A stretch of 63,164 bases of DNA, counting the filler, from Klebsormidium nitens (taxonomy: Eukaryota; Plantae; Klebsormidiophyceae): the NCBI GenBank assembly GCA_000708835.1. It is 7 parts of 7 records of this genome, joined end to end, with 100 filler letters (N's around TTAATTAATTAA, not from the genome) between each part and the next. Parts side by side here need not be neighbours in the genome. Positions count along the whole stretch, not along the records: positions 14,720 to 37,873 come from DF237651.1; 6 more parts are not named here. The stretch is one strand, 5' to 3'. Position numbers and translations under genes: made by a program. The notes below the pieces were generated by a model. It was not told where the DNA came from, ran no database searches, and saw only the letters and a program-made list of their open reading frames with translations. Position 1 is the stretch's first letter; each line of letters begins with the position of its first letter. Below, in pieces: positions 18,591 through 28,095 of this stretch.

Positions 18591-18690
18591 TTGTGCTCCG
18601 TTATACGGAGAGTTGTCGCCCTACTTGTGTATCCAAATCATTGTGCTCCGTTATAGGGAGAGGAGTTGTCCTACTTGTGTATCCAAATCA
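18591..18690. repeat. 50-bp tandem duplication immediately upstream of a viral-type ORF
   Basis: TTGTGCTCCGTTATA..GAG..GTTGTC..CTACTTGTGTATCCAAATCA at 18591-18640 and 18641-18690. Confidence 0.8.
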
Positions 18691-18696
18691 TCCAAG

Positions 18697-19428
18697 ATGG
18701 AATGGTCTTACTATGATCTAGTGTCAGATTTCGATGTCTTCAAGGCTGCATGGGACACACCAGTCGTGCAACGACAGCTCGAGGAGGATCTGTCGGAATG
18801 GTGCGATGCTGATGGGCTTCCACGTTGGAAGCGAGGGGATCCCATCTGGAACCTGTATAAAGATGGTGTAGACGATCAATGGGATGACATTATAGATGAG
18901 AGAGCGGCCGAGAGAACCGCAAACTTGCTACATGTAGATAATGCTGCAAAGTACTTTCAAGCGAGCATGAGCAGAGCTTGTGGAAAGACATACCGGGATC
19001 CGGATTCTGCGATATTCGAGATGCTCCATTCGAGATTGTTGGAAGAGTGCAGACCGCGATCGAATTCTTACGAGAGTCTGGTGCTCATCGGAGGTGGTTA
19101 CTGCCTCACGAACGCACTCCTGAAGACGGCTGTGATACTATATCCAGATGACCCGATCGAGATACGAGGAGTGGGACCTCACGATGCGATCGTGCTCCCG
19201 AATCGAGGCTTGGTGATCGACATCCTGGGGTTCTTTTACTGGTACGAGTTGGGAGATAAGGACTTTGCACCGGAGAACTTGTACTTCTCGGATTCAGAGT
19301 CGGACGAGGAGGAAGACTACATTGTTGAGCTCGAATACCATTCTCAGGACGAGTCCATGCGGGTAGAAGTCTGTACCTGCGACGAATGTACGTACTTTGA
19401 TGACGAAGGGTTGCCTGGACTCTTTTAA
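18697..19428 (+). CDS. Hypothetical protein (viral-type, acidic C-terminus)
   Basis: Intronless ORF with ATG at 18697 (MEWSYYDLVSDF...). Its stop abuts the helicase stop tail-to-tail, as in compact viral genomes. Confidence 0.65.
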   Translation: MEWSYYDLVSDFDVFKAAWDTPVVQRQLEEDLSEWCDADGLPRWKRGDPIWNLYKDGVDDQWDDIIDERAAERTANLLHVDNAAKYFQASMSRACGKTYRDPDSAIFEMLHSRLLEECRPRSNSYESLVLIGGGYCLTNALLKTAVILYPDDPIEIRGVGPHDAIVLPNRGLVIDILGFFYWYELGDKDFAPENLYFSDSESDEEEDYIVELEYHSQDESMRVEVCTCDECTYFDDEGLPGLF

Positions 19429-21128
19429 CACTTCAAGCACTTTTGCTTCGCAACGGCATTCCAGTCCAGGACCTTTTTGAGGAACTTGCGAGTGATCTCG
19501 TCCTTGGTCTCGCTGAAACGTCTCAAGATCTGATCGGCCGACCAATTCTGTAGCATGCCAAAGCCGTTTGCATTCGGAGACGTCGTCGCATTCATGATTG
19601 CATAGTACTTATAAACGGTCACGTGCTTCTTCGGAGTGTCCGTGTGAGACCCTCTGCGCCGCGCACGGCCGATGACTTGCTCGACACGCGGCGAATTGAA
19701 TGCCGGTTCCATGATATGCACGTGGTTCGTCCCTTTGAGATCGTGTCCCTCTCCACCGGCCGAGCTGAGCAACAACACCTTGATTCGGCCTGCGTTATAC
19801 TCATCGATCGCCTGCTGCTTCTTCGCTTTCGATTCCTTTCCCGTGACCATGAGATGCTTGATGTGCGCATCTTTGAGCATGTCAGAGAGGATCTGAACCC
19901 CAGCCTCCAAGAAGTTGCTGTAAGCTATACTCTTCTCGCCTTTCGCATGGGCGGCCTTTATCCGCTGCAGCGCTTCGACGAATTTCGGGGCGTCGGAAGG
20001 CTGACCATGTTGTCGGATGATGTTCGCCGTCCGTCGGGGAGCCGAAAAGAAAGTCATGATGTTCTTTTTCTCGTGGACGATGTCGTCGAGCTCGATGTTC
20101 GGGTTGGCATTCGCAAAGTCGAGCTGAGCTTGCCGTTGCCTCTCCGTCATCTTGACTTCCACGTTCTCCGTGGATATGGAAGGGTACTCTGGGTCGCTCG
20201 AAGAGGGTGCGTAATATAGCATGCAGCATTCCAGAGCTGACTTCAAGGTCGCTTGATCGCTCTCCAGACCGGTCGCTCCGAAATGAGCATCAAAGCTCTC
20301 CTTTGTATTTGGTATGGCGTTGTGCTTCCTGAGCATGTTTGCCAACGGTGCGATATCCGAAGGAGCGTTCTGGACCGGGGTCCCCGTCAGAAGCAACACT
20401 TTCGTCGCACCCTTGGCCTGTGCGAAGATGGCCTTGGACCTCTGCCCAGCGGCGTTACGAAGGTTGTGAGCTTCGTCCACTACCAGGAGTTTGTCCTTGG
20501 TGAGAAACGTACCTCCTTCTGCTTTCTTCGTGAAGTTTTCGAACGACATGACGTTGTACTTGTCGGCCTTGGCGTGAAACTTGCTCAGCTCCTTCTTGTA
20601 GTTTGCTATAAGCGACGCAGGGGTGACCACCACGATAGACTTTACTATCCCATGATTCATGAGAGCCTCTGCGGCTGCCATGCTGCTCAGCGTCTTTCCG
20701 GAACCCACTCCAAAGTAAAGGATGAGCCCTCGGATGCAAGGATTGAGCATCCTCTCTGCGACTTCGATCTGGTGAGGCATCAGAGGGACGCCAGGGAACT
20801 TGGAACCGCCCGCAAAGAGCTCTTTCGTCTTGGATTTCGACGGTCGAGACCTCGGCTTCGGTACGTTCGCCAGGGTAGCACCTTCTTTGCCGATGGGCAC
20901 CTTGGTGGTTGGAATCTTCTTCGTCGTCGTCTTCTGTCTGGTCATGTCTACGTCGCTGTGCTTCATCGCCAGAGCCTTGCACAGCGCGGCTTTATTCTTG
21001 TATGTGGTCCAGTTGGGCAATCCAGAGGCACGTGCCAGCACGACCAGCTCGTCCTTCTTCCACGCGTTATTACTCTTCGTCTTCCTCACGGAGCACGGCC
21101 TCTCATCGAAGCGAATGTCTTCAGGCAT
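19425..21128 (-). CDS. Superfamily 2 (SNF2/D6-D11-like) helicase/ATPase
   Basis: Motif I LYFGVGSGKT, motif II LVVDEAHN, motif III LLTGTP, motif V LLLSSAGGEGHDL, motif VI EQVIGRARR. 567 aa, intronless. Confidence 0.9.
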   Translation of the reverse strand: MPEDIRFDERPCSVRKTKSNNAWKKDELVVLARASGLPNWTTYKNKAALCKALAMKHSDVDMTRQKTTTKKIPTTKVPIGKEGATLANVPKPRSRPSKSKTKELFAGGSKFPGVPLMPHQIEVAERMLNPCIRGLILYFGVGSGKTLSSMAAAEALMNHGIVKSIVVVTPASLIANYKKELSKFHAKADKYNVMSFENFTKKAEGGTFLTKDKLLVVDEAHNLRNAAGQRSKAIFAQAKGATKVLLLTGTPVQNAPSDIAPLANMLRKHNAIPNTKESFDAHFGATGLESDQATLKSALECCMLYYAPSSSDPEYPSISTENVEVKMTERQRQAQLDFANANPNIELDDIVHEKKNIMTFFSAPRRTANIIRQHGQPSDAPKFVEALQRIKAAHAKGEKSIAYSNFLEAGVQILSDMLKDAHIKHLMVTGKESKAKKQQAIDEYNAGRIKVLLLSSAGGEGHDLKGTNHVHIMEPAFNSPRVEQVIGRARRRGSHTDTPKKHVTVYKYYAIMNATTSPNANGFGMLQNWSADQILRRFSETKDEITRKFLKKVLDWNAVAKQKCLKC

Positions 21129-21175
21129 GTCCGATTGATGTGTGAGTATGTTAATTTACACTCGAGAATAAAATC

Positions 21176-21406
21176 TCAAGCCGAGATGAACCAGTTCCAC
21201 ATGTGAGAGAACCAGCTCGACGTACGTTCTATCTTCACGCTACCTTGTGACATTCCGATCGAATGCGATTCCGATGCCTTTTCTGAGGGAGGGGTGCCTT
21301 CTGAGAGCACCGCTTTACCTGGGAGTGGCTTCTCGACGCGAGATGGGAGAGGCGGCTCGACCGGTTTCGGCGGCTTTTGCGCGATGGTCTCGCGTTTCTC
21401 ATCCAT
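21176..21406 (-). CDS. Small hypothetical protein
   Basis: 76-aa ORF co-oriented and closely packed between viral-type genes; no domain recognised. Confidence 0.3.
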   Translation of the reverse strand: MDEKRETIAQKPPKPVEPPLPSRVEKPLPGKAVLSEGTPPSEKASESHSIGMSQGSVKIERTSSWFSHMWNWFISA

Positions 21407-21432
21407 CTCTGCATACTATATAGCCACGAAAA

Positions 21433-21885
21433 TCATTCATTTGGGATCTCGGGACTCTTTGCATTGGAGCTGACGCTGGGCCAAGGGAAACTTCGAAATT
21501 TCGAAACACCACCCTGAATGGTGTTTCCTTCCCTCTCGAATCTGGACCACGGCAGGGTGGCCGTTCCGCCCTCGAACGGCACCACTTCGAGGGGGGCAGG
21601 AACCTTTGCCTTTTCTCGCACGGGCTCGCCCCGGACGTACTTCCGTGCGTCGTCCTTCTCCTTCGGCTTCGCGTCATCTCCGCTCGCCATCACTCGAACC
21701 TCGACGAGGGGGCTCGCGAAGACCGTCTCTCTGACCGTTGGGATGGGAGGCGAAGGGGGCTCGCGGCTCGAGGCGGCCGGCGGTGCACTCGGCCTCTTCT
21801 CTTCGTACGATTCGAGCGGTTCGTACTCGAAAGCATCGCTTTTCGCTGGTATCTGGAAGCAGCAGAGTAGTCGGACGAGGTTCAT
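21433..21885 (-). CDS. Hypothetical proline-rich protein
   Basis: 150-aa ORF (MNLVRLLCCF...) divergent from the SET gene; no domain recognised. Confidence 0.45.
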   Translation of the reverse strand: MNLVRLLCCFQIPAKSDAFEYEPLESYEEKRPSAPPAASSREPPSPPIPTVRETVFASPLVEVRVMASGDDAKPKEKDDARKYVRGEPVREKAKVPAPLEVVPFEGGTATLPWSRFEREGNTIQGGVSKFRSFPWPSVSSNAKSPEIPNE

Positions 21886-21944
21886 GTTCGCCTTGAGAGA
21901 TCCACCTAAAACTTTCGAGCATCTGCGACGCGCGCGTTCGAATT

Positions 21945-22568
21945 ATGTTGGCAGTAAGATATGCACTTTCGCCAAGCATGTCGTTTGCGTTCCACTACCG
22001 AGGCAAGTCCGGAACGAGATTCGATTGCGACTTGAAGTGCGAAGGTTGTGCTGGGAAGCTCGAGGACGGACGCCGGTGCACACGCACCGTATGCATAGGG
22101 TTACCTTTTTGCTGGCAACATCTCATGACGTGCAAGGACGACGAACACGGTCTCAAGATTAAGAAGTCGCCTATAGCAGGCAAGGGGTTATTCGCATGGA
22201 GCAAGAAGGGAGGCAGGGATATCGTGTATAAGCCACGCAAAACCATCACAGGATACGAAGGCGAACGGCTCACTATATCTCAACTGACAAGACGATTCGG
22301 AAGCGACACGGCACCATATGCGATCGGTCTGAGTCGCGGAATAGTGCTAGATGCTGCATGCAGGAGAGGTGCTGGCGCTATAGCCAACGCTCCTCGGAAC
22401 GAGAGAGAAGAGAACGCGGCGTTTAGGATACGCGAGAGAGGTGGAAAGCATATAGTGGAACTGGTGGCTCTCAGAAACATCAGACACAACCAAGAGATCC
22501 TGTGCGATTACGGTGATGAGTATTGGAAGCACGCACAGGGTAAGCATTATACGAGAGGAAAACTGTGA
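21945..22568 (+). CDS. Viral SET-domain protein-lysine methyltransferase with N-terminal Cys/His finger
   Basis: LKIKKSPIAGKGLFA (SET motif I), AIANAP (where SET proteins usually have NH), LVALRNIRHNQEILCDYGDEYW (C-terminal E-x-x-x-D-Y-G motif). N-terminal C...RC.....G...C..H finger. Confidence 0.85.
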   Translation: MLAVRYALSPSMSFAFHYRGKSGTRFDCDLKCEGCAGKLEDGRRCTRTVCIGLPFCWQHLMTCKDDEHGLKIKKSPIAGKGLFAWSKKGGRDIVYKPRKTITGYEGERLTISQLTRRFGSDTAPYAIGLSRGIVLDAACRRGAGAIANAPRNEREENAAFRIRERGGKHIVELVALRNIRHNQEILCDYGDEYWKHAQGKHYTRGKL

Positions 22569-22679
22569 TAGTCGCATATGTTATCGTATTTTACACAAAA
22601 TTACAAATACTGCGTCTCTTATTCTGCTACCGGTAGTCTTGCAAAGGACCTAGTCGTTCAGGTCGTGCGAGAATGACGG

Positions 22680-23072
22680 CTCAACAACCAGCTGACCCGT
22701 CTTTTCGCGCACGCCAAGGCGTTCAAGAACGACATCGAGTTCCTGGGGGCGTACAGGAATAACGCGCAGTGGAAGGAGTGGAAGCTGCTGGTGGAGAGCG
22801 TAGACGAACTTCGAAAGAAGCCGATCGACGAGATTCCCATGGAGGACATAGTGGTCACTCTGGATGAGATCGTGGAGGTTGATGAGGTCGTGCGGGCAGA
22901 AGTCGATAGGGTCAAGGCAGAAGAGAAGAAGAGAAAGAGAGAAGAGGCAGAGGAGGAAGAGAGGAAGAGGCAGAGAGAGGAGGAAGATGAGGAGGAGGAG
23001 GAGGAGGATGAGGAGGAAGATGAGCAGAATGAGGAGGATGAAGATGAGAATGGAGAAGAAGAAGAGTTTTAA
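22680..23072 (+). pseudogene. Acidic/coiled-coil protein, 5' end disrupted or unclear
   Basis: The frame RLNNQLTRLFAHAKAF...EEEF* is open from ~22678 but follows an in-frame TGA with no ATG. Long poly-Glu/Asp tract. Confidence 0.35.
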
Positions 23073-23247
23073 GTTAGATTGTGAATAGTCAGTGGCAGAT
23101 GAGGAAAAGAAACTGAATAGTCTTGGCCTGTTGAGCCTTGTCTCGCCTTATACTAGTGATTGACAAGATGTAAAGTATTCGCGTACTGCTATTTACATGA
23201 GTTCAATATGAGTAATGTACTTCACTGGTTTGTCTCTATCTCGGAAT

Positions 23248-24537
23248 CTAAGTCTCTCCTACTCCTGAATTGTTCAGCCTAGGAGCATTCTGTACACCAT
23301 GTATACGAAGCGCAGCCTCGTCGTATGCTCGACCCGCTTCCTCGGCTGTCTCGAATGTTCCGAGATGCACCTTCATGCCTTGGTCTCTGATTTGGGCCAC
23401 CCACTTGTCTCCAACCTTCGAGCATCCGACTATTTCTGTGTCTCTCTCCTTCCTCTTCTTGTTCACCTGAGGGCCTGTCGACTGCGAATTCGTCGATCTG
23501 GGCGCGTAGCACAAGTTCTCAGCGCGGTTATCCTCGTTCTTCCAGTTCTTGTGATGTATGATCATGCCACTGTTCTCAGCTTCGTCCACCTCTTCCACTG
23601 TCTTCTTCTTCCTCATCACGTAGTCGCTCAGGTTCTGCTTCGTGCTGTTGAAATATACGTTTCCCCCGCGGGCACTGTTCGCGCTGAGTCCGGTCGCTTT
23701 GCCATCATCGTTGACCATCAGTTCCACGAATACGTCATCGTCTACCAGCACATCGATTGTCTGCTCGCGGGTGACTTTCGCCTTCAACACCGCTGCTCCC
23801 ATCTCGTTCCGCGAGATCACGAGGTTCTCTCTCTGAGTCCTGACGTACTCTGCCAGGGCTTTCTCGCACGCCTCCTCGGCCTCCGAGAAGGTTTCGTAGG
23901 TACCCTTGGCTAGAACCTGACCGTTCCTCTTCATATTGTGAATGAAGAACTTCTTCCCACTCGGCTTGATCGGGAATCGCTGCTGCTTTTTGATGCCCGA
24001 TTTTGCATCGATGTCTGCGAAACCCTCCGGCTCCTCGACGCCATTCAAGTGCGCCTGGTCTCCATATGCTCTCTTGCAGAGGTCGTACTTGTAGGCGGCC
24101 ATGGCTTCTTCTGGATAGTAACCCAAGACCTCGCCGTTCAAAGTCGCGCGCCATCTCCTCTCTGGCTTACCCTCCTTCATCTCGAAGACGCCCAGGTATG
24201 CAGAGGTTCCAGAAGCCTCCTTTTTCTTCATCGCGTGTGCAGCTGCAGGCGTGCAGATCTTCAAGTTCGATTTCGTGAGGTTGAGGTGATCGCCATCTAC
24301 GAAGGTTACCACGTCCGACCCCTTTGGCTGCTGTCCGATTACCATGTGACTCAATCTGGTGAAAGGGTCTTCCAGGGTCTTGGACTTGACCACATACTTG
24401 GAGCTCTTGTTTCCTTCTGTGGCATACCTCCAGCAGAAGGGCCTGACGCGGTCCTCGTCCTCCTTGTCCACGATTGCGTAGACAGACTCTTTACCATCCT
24501 TGACCTCGATGAGCGCCGTAGATGAGGAGCTTGCCAT
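23248..24537 (-). CDS. HNH endonuclease with AP2 DNA-binding domains
   Basis: HNH-like segments [16 protein letters not shown] and [16 protein letters not shown]; AP2 domains ([24 protein letters not shown]; [32 protein letters not shown]). Confidence 0.85.
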   Translation of the reverse strand: MASSSSTALIEVKDGKESVYAIVDKEDEDRVRPFCWRYATEGNKSSKYVVKSKTLEDPFTRLSHMVIGQQPKGSDVVTFVDGDHLNLTKSNLKICTPAAAHAMKKKEASGTSAYLGVFEMKEGKPERRWRATLNGEVLGYYPEEAMAAYKYDLCKRAYGDQAHLNGVEEPEGFADIDAKSGIKKQQRFPIKPSGKKFFIHNMKRNGQVLAKGTYETFSEAEEACEKALAEYVRTQRENLVISRNEMGAAVLKAKVTREQTIDVLVDDDVFVELMVNDDGKATGLSANSARGGNVYFNSTKQNLSDYVMRKKKTVEEVDEAENSGMIIHHKNWKNEDNRAENLCYAPRSTNSQSTGPQVNKKRKERDTEIVGCSKVGDKWVAQIRDQGMKVHLGTFETAEEAGRAYDEAALRIHGVQNAPRLNNSGVGET

Positions 24538-24763
24538 GGTTGAGACAGTTGACTTTTTATGAGGCCGGAAGACGCAGAAAGCTTGCTTTTATAGTCTGTC
24601 CAGAAGGAGATTGCACGCGACAAAATGAGCGTCCGAAAGCAAGCACCCGAAAAACATGCGTCCGAAACGTTTTCGGATGCTGACATTTACCAGACAGGGC
24701 CACTCTCGCATTGTTCGGACACGTTCTTCGGGCGCGAGTCACTTCCCTTCTATATAGGAAGCG

Positions 24764-25627
24764 TTGCACCCGTCCGAAATCAGGCAGGTAAAGATCATGA
24801 TGAATACTTGTCAAGCTACGATCGCGCAAAACGAACGCGCGGGGCAGCGTTGTAGGACTAAGGCATCCTGTGGAAAGTATTGCGGGAAGCACTTCAAGTT
24901 ACACAGCCAGCTTGACATCATCAAGGAACGGGGACAGACCCCGTGCAACAACATACGCAGAAAGTTCAACAAAGGCTGTCAACTCGTAGTGCCTCCCGGG
25001 TCGAGGCGTTCGTATTGCAAGACATGTTGCGACGACGTTCGGGCGAAAGATCAGATGAGAGAACAGAAGAAACGCGCAACTTCCCCCGGCGAAGCACTGC
25101 AAGAAGGCCTCTTGAGATGCAATAACGCCCGTTGCTTGAAGCTTTATCCAGTGGACAAGTTCGTTGTTCGGGATGGGACGGGCTGGTGCGAAGATTGTCG
25201 CATTCACAGGCAGGCCCAATACAAGGAGATGATCGAGGCCAACATCAACTTTCGTCTCAGTCGAGCCCTTCGCTCGTACGTGAAGACGACATTCAAGAGA
25301 GTCCCCGGTGTGAAGAAGTCCAGCAAAGGAGAGGAACTCCTCGGATGCACTCACGCTTTCGCAAAGGCCTGGATAGAGAACCAATGGGAAGAAGGGATGA
25401 ACTGGACCAATTACGGAACGACGGACGGTTGGTGCATTGATCACATCAGACCAGTCGCCTCCTTCGACCTGAGCGACGATGAGCAACAGAAGCAGTGTCT
25501 CCACTACACGAACATGCAACCGCTGTGGGCGAAAGAGAATAGGGAGAAACACGATCAGGTAGATTGGGAGGGTGCACAGCATCAAGCTCAGCAACGGGTG
25601 AAGTTCTTCGCATCGCAGGTCTCATAA
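24764..25627 (+). CDS. HNH endonuclease (phycodnavirus/phage type) with N-terminal Cys-rich fingers
   Basis: WCIDHIRPVASFDL...CLHYTNMQPLWAKENREK is a typical HNH core. The likely start is the MMNTC ATG near 24797. Confidence 0.8.
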   Translation: MHPSEIRQVKIMMNTCQATIAQNERAGQRCRTKASCGKYCGKHFKLHSQLDIIKERGQTPCNNIRRKFNKGCQLVVPPGSRRSYCKTCCDDVRAKDQMREQKKRATSPGEALQEGLLRCNNARCLKLYPVDKFVVRDGTGWCEDCRIHRQAQYKEMIEANINFRLSRALRSYVKTTFKRVPGVKKSSKGEELLGCTHAFAKAWIENQWEEGMNWTNYGTTDGWCIDHIRPVASFDLSDDEQQKQCLHYTNMQPLWAKENREKHDQVDWEGAQHQAQQRVKFFASQVS

Positions 25628-25718
25628 ATGAGTCACTGGCATGACTCAGATCTGAAACGGTGAATATTGTTTTTATTCAGCACGCAGTGCCCGTGCTGAG
25701 ATTTCGATGGATAACGAC

Positions 25719-27833
25719 TTAATTGGAGTAGGCGAGACCAGCCATTCCCGTTTCCGCCGCGGAGTGTTCCTCCGCGGACCGATCGTCCCTTGCGCTCGCT
25801 CCGGCTGACTAGGCCCTCACTGCGAACGGGTGGCTTTGCGACCTGTGACGTTGATCGTACCGCAGCTTCGTCGTAGCGCTTCGGTCGACCTAACAAGCGG
25901 ATCACCCATCGTCGAGACTCTCGCTCGCGCATCCGACGAACTTTTCCCATACCCAAGTGGTTGTCTTGGCCACGGTCCTCTCGCGAGGAGCCGCTTGGGG
26001 TCGTCGGCGTCAGGGCTTCCCTGCTACCAGCACACCTTGCAAACATATATTCACTAGCACATGGCCATCGGTCGGCTGTATAACCGGCGGGGGCAAAACG
26101 GCTTTTTCGCAGATAAGAGCCCGAATTATCTGCGCCGTGTGCTTTTTCGAGCAGCATTTTACTCATGATCCTCAAAATGTTAAAGTTAATGGCAATAATC
26201 TTGCACCTTGCGGCCACCATATTCGGCGGGAAGGTGAGATATAGGGTGGAATTATCGATGCGAGAGAAATTAGTTGATCCACTTGGTTGATGAGATGACG
26301 CCTCCAGCGAAAATGAGTACACGTAGACGTGCTTCTTGGGCACGCGAGGATGGTGCTGATATGGCTGCACCAACCTGTGATATGTGCCGGGCCTCTCGCT
26401 GTACCTGTCGTGCCCGTTCAGCATCAGCTTCGCACTCTGCACGTAGTCCACGCCTGCGACCTCGCCGAAATCGAAGATCATATTTCCGGTCTTGGAGTTG
26501 ACGGCTGCGGAGCTCTCTGGGGTCACTACCCAGATCAGCTCCTTCACGGGGTGGTTGAATGACAGCCGGATCTTCTGAGTGCTGGCCGAGATGCTGGCAG
26601 GGATCGATTCGTCACCCGTGAATTGTACCTGCTCCACGAGGAATTCGTGGGACGAGGAAGCGAACTTTCGGCGCTCATCCGTATCCAAATAGATATAATC
26701 GACGTAAAGAGAGCAATCGATCAGAGAAAGGGGTGCACCGTTGGAGGTAGGGGTCACCACGTTGATATCTGACCTGACCAGGGCTGCTGCCGGAGCCAGT
26801 TCTACATTAAGCTTAATTTCATGGTATTGCAGCGCGATAAGCGGAAGAGCGTTGCCAGGGAGCTTGTTGAACCAGAACTTGAGGGGGATATAATACGTGC
26901 GCTGGCCGGTCTGCGTATGGAGCTGCCCGCCCTCGTAGTTGTCCGCCTCGTTGTACTTGCCGATCATCTCCCGCAGTCCACCCTCCTTCTCGGCGGGGAC
27001 CGTGAGCTCGTCGTCGATCTCGTAGTAGGCATCAAAGTGCTTGTCGATGCGCTGACCGCCGATCTCGATTTCCACCGATTTAAGGAGGGCGTGGCCGACC
27101 GCATTTACGTACCTGACATAAGTGGAAGTGGAGCCTCCTACCGTGACCGTCTGATCCAGTGCAGGAAGCGTGACTTGCAACCACATATTCGTAATCAAAT
27201 CTCCATTTCGGCTGATATTGAACGTGGATTTACGATTTAAATCGCACGTGCCGTTTGATGTCTGCGCGATGGATTCCATAGCAAAGTTGGTATGCCTCCG
27301 GTAGACCAACCTGAAGAAAGTGATCTGAGGTGTCCCGGTAAGGTAGGCATCCTGAGCTCCGATAGCGACCAAAGAAAGCACTTCTATACAGCCCAGAGCA
27401 TTTCGCTGAGGGACGGACTATACCTTAAGGGTTCAATGCCGGTGGCTACCCGACTCCCCCCCAACTCCTCCTAGTCTCTGAACCGTCTTCCTCGCCCTGG
27501 CCGGAACGGGCGTAGGAAGCTTGGCTGCAGATCACCCAATCTCGAGCTGTTTTACCGTACGCGAGGCGATTAACCTGCTGCCTGCGGTCCGATCTCTCGG
27601 ACGAGGTGGTCGCGTCGAGCTTCAGGATGTCCCCGCAATTCGAAGTTGTCGCGGGATCCGGACGAGGGCCGTGTGCCCCCTAATCGATTTCCCACTAGCC
27701 AGTTTTATCGACGCGCTCGGACGGAGAGCGCGCCCCACGAGACTTACACCGTTTGCCCTCGAGAGTGGTCCGTGGAACTCGACCGAGGCGGCTGACTGTT
27801 GAGGACTGCTTAATTCGTTAATCCTCCTGACAT
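25719..27833 (-). CDS. mcp: NCLDV major capsid protein, 3 exons separated by two group I introns, 420 aa
   Basis: Exons 27833-27821 (ATGTCAGGAGGAT), 27380-26161 and 25748-25719 total 1263 nt (420 aa + stop). The protein starts [37 protein letters not shown] and ends QPSGSTNFSRID...NFNILRIMSGMAGLAYSN*, matching both canonical NCLDV MCP termini. Confidence 0.95.
25749..26160 (-). ncRNA. Group I intron (412 nt, no ORF of its own) before the last 9 codons of the MCP CDS
   Basis: The 5' exon ends ...AUGAGU and pairs with IGS GCUC (U-G); the intron ends ...CGGAAACG. R-like UCACAGGUCG and S-like AAGGGACGAUCG form P7 C(A)GGUCG/CGAUCG. P3 GGUGUGC/GCCACC; P9 hairpin CCGCGGAG-GAACA-CUCCGCGG. Removal restores ILRIMS|GMAGLAYSN*. 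Confidence 0.88.
27381..27820 (-). ncRNA. Group I intron (IC1-like, 440 nt, no ORF) after nt 13 of the MCP CDS
   Basis: The 5' exon ends in U and the intron ends in G. IGS AAGCAGUCCUC pairs with the 5' exon GAGGAU (U-G at the splice site) and with the 3' exon UGCUU (P10). P AAUUGCGGGGA, Q GAUCUGCAGCC, R UUCAGAGACUA, S AAGGUAUAGUCC; P3 CAACUUC/GGAGUUG. Confidence 0.92.
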
Positions 27834-28095
27834 CTCGACTGACCCGTCACCGAGAATATACGTTACCCTGAGAAAAAAAATCTCGATGAACGCGGGTGCA
27901 GCAGGAGTCGTACTCATACCATGATCGAGAGGCCAAGTGCATTCACGAATTCGTCTGCATGGGGAAAGTAAGTTGAACTTACTGTCGTGCCACTTGACCG
28001 ACGAGCAAGCTCGGATCGTCTGATCGTAGGAGGCGCGTTCAGATGACCAACAATATTTCATAGGAGTATAGGAGTAATGTCCGTTCTCGAACACG

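Noticed and set aside
25633-27381. 582-aa MCP with a novel basic C-terminal extension and a GTG start
   Set aside because: The extension is read-through of group I intron 25749-26160. The true tail GMAGLAYSN* and true start MSGG are recovered by splicing.
27381-27820. rRNA gene fragment
   Set aside because: The conserved motifs are IC1 intron core elements; the flanks are MCP exons, and no rRNA sequence was seen.
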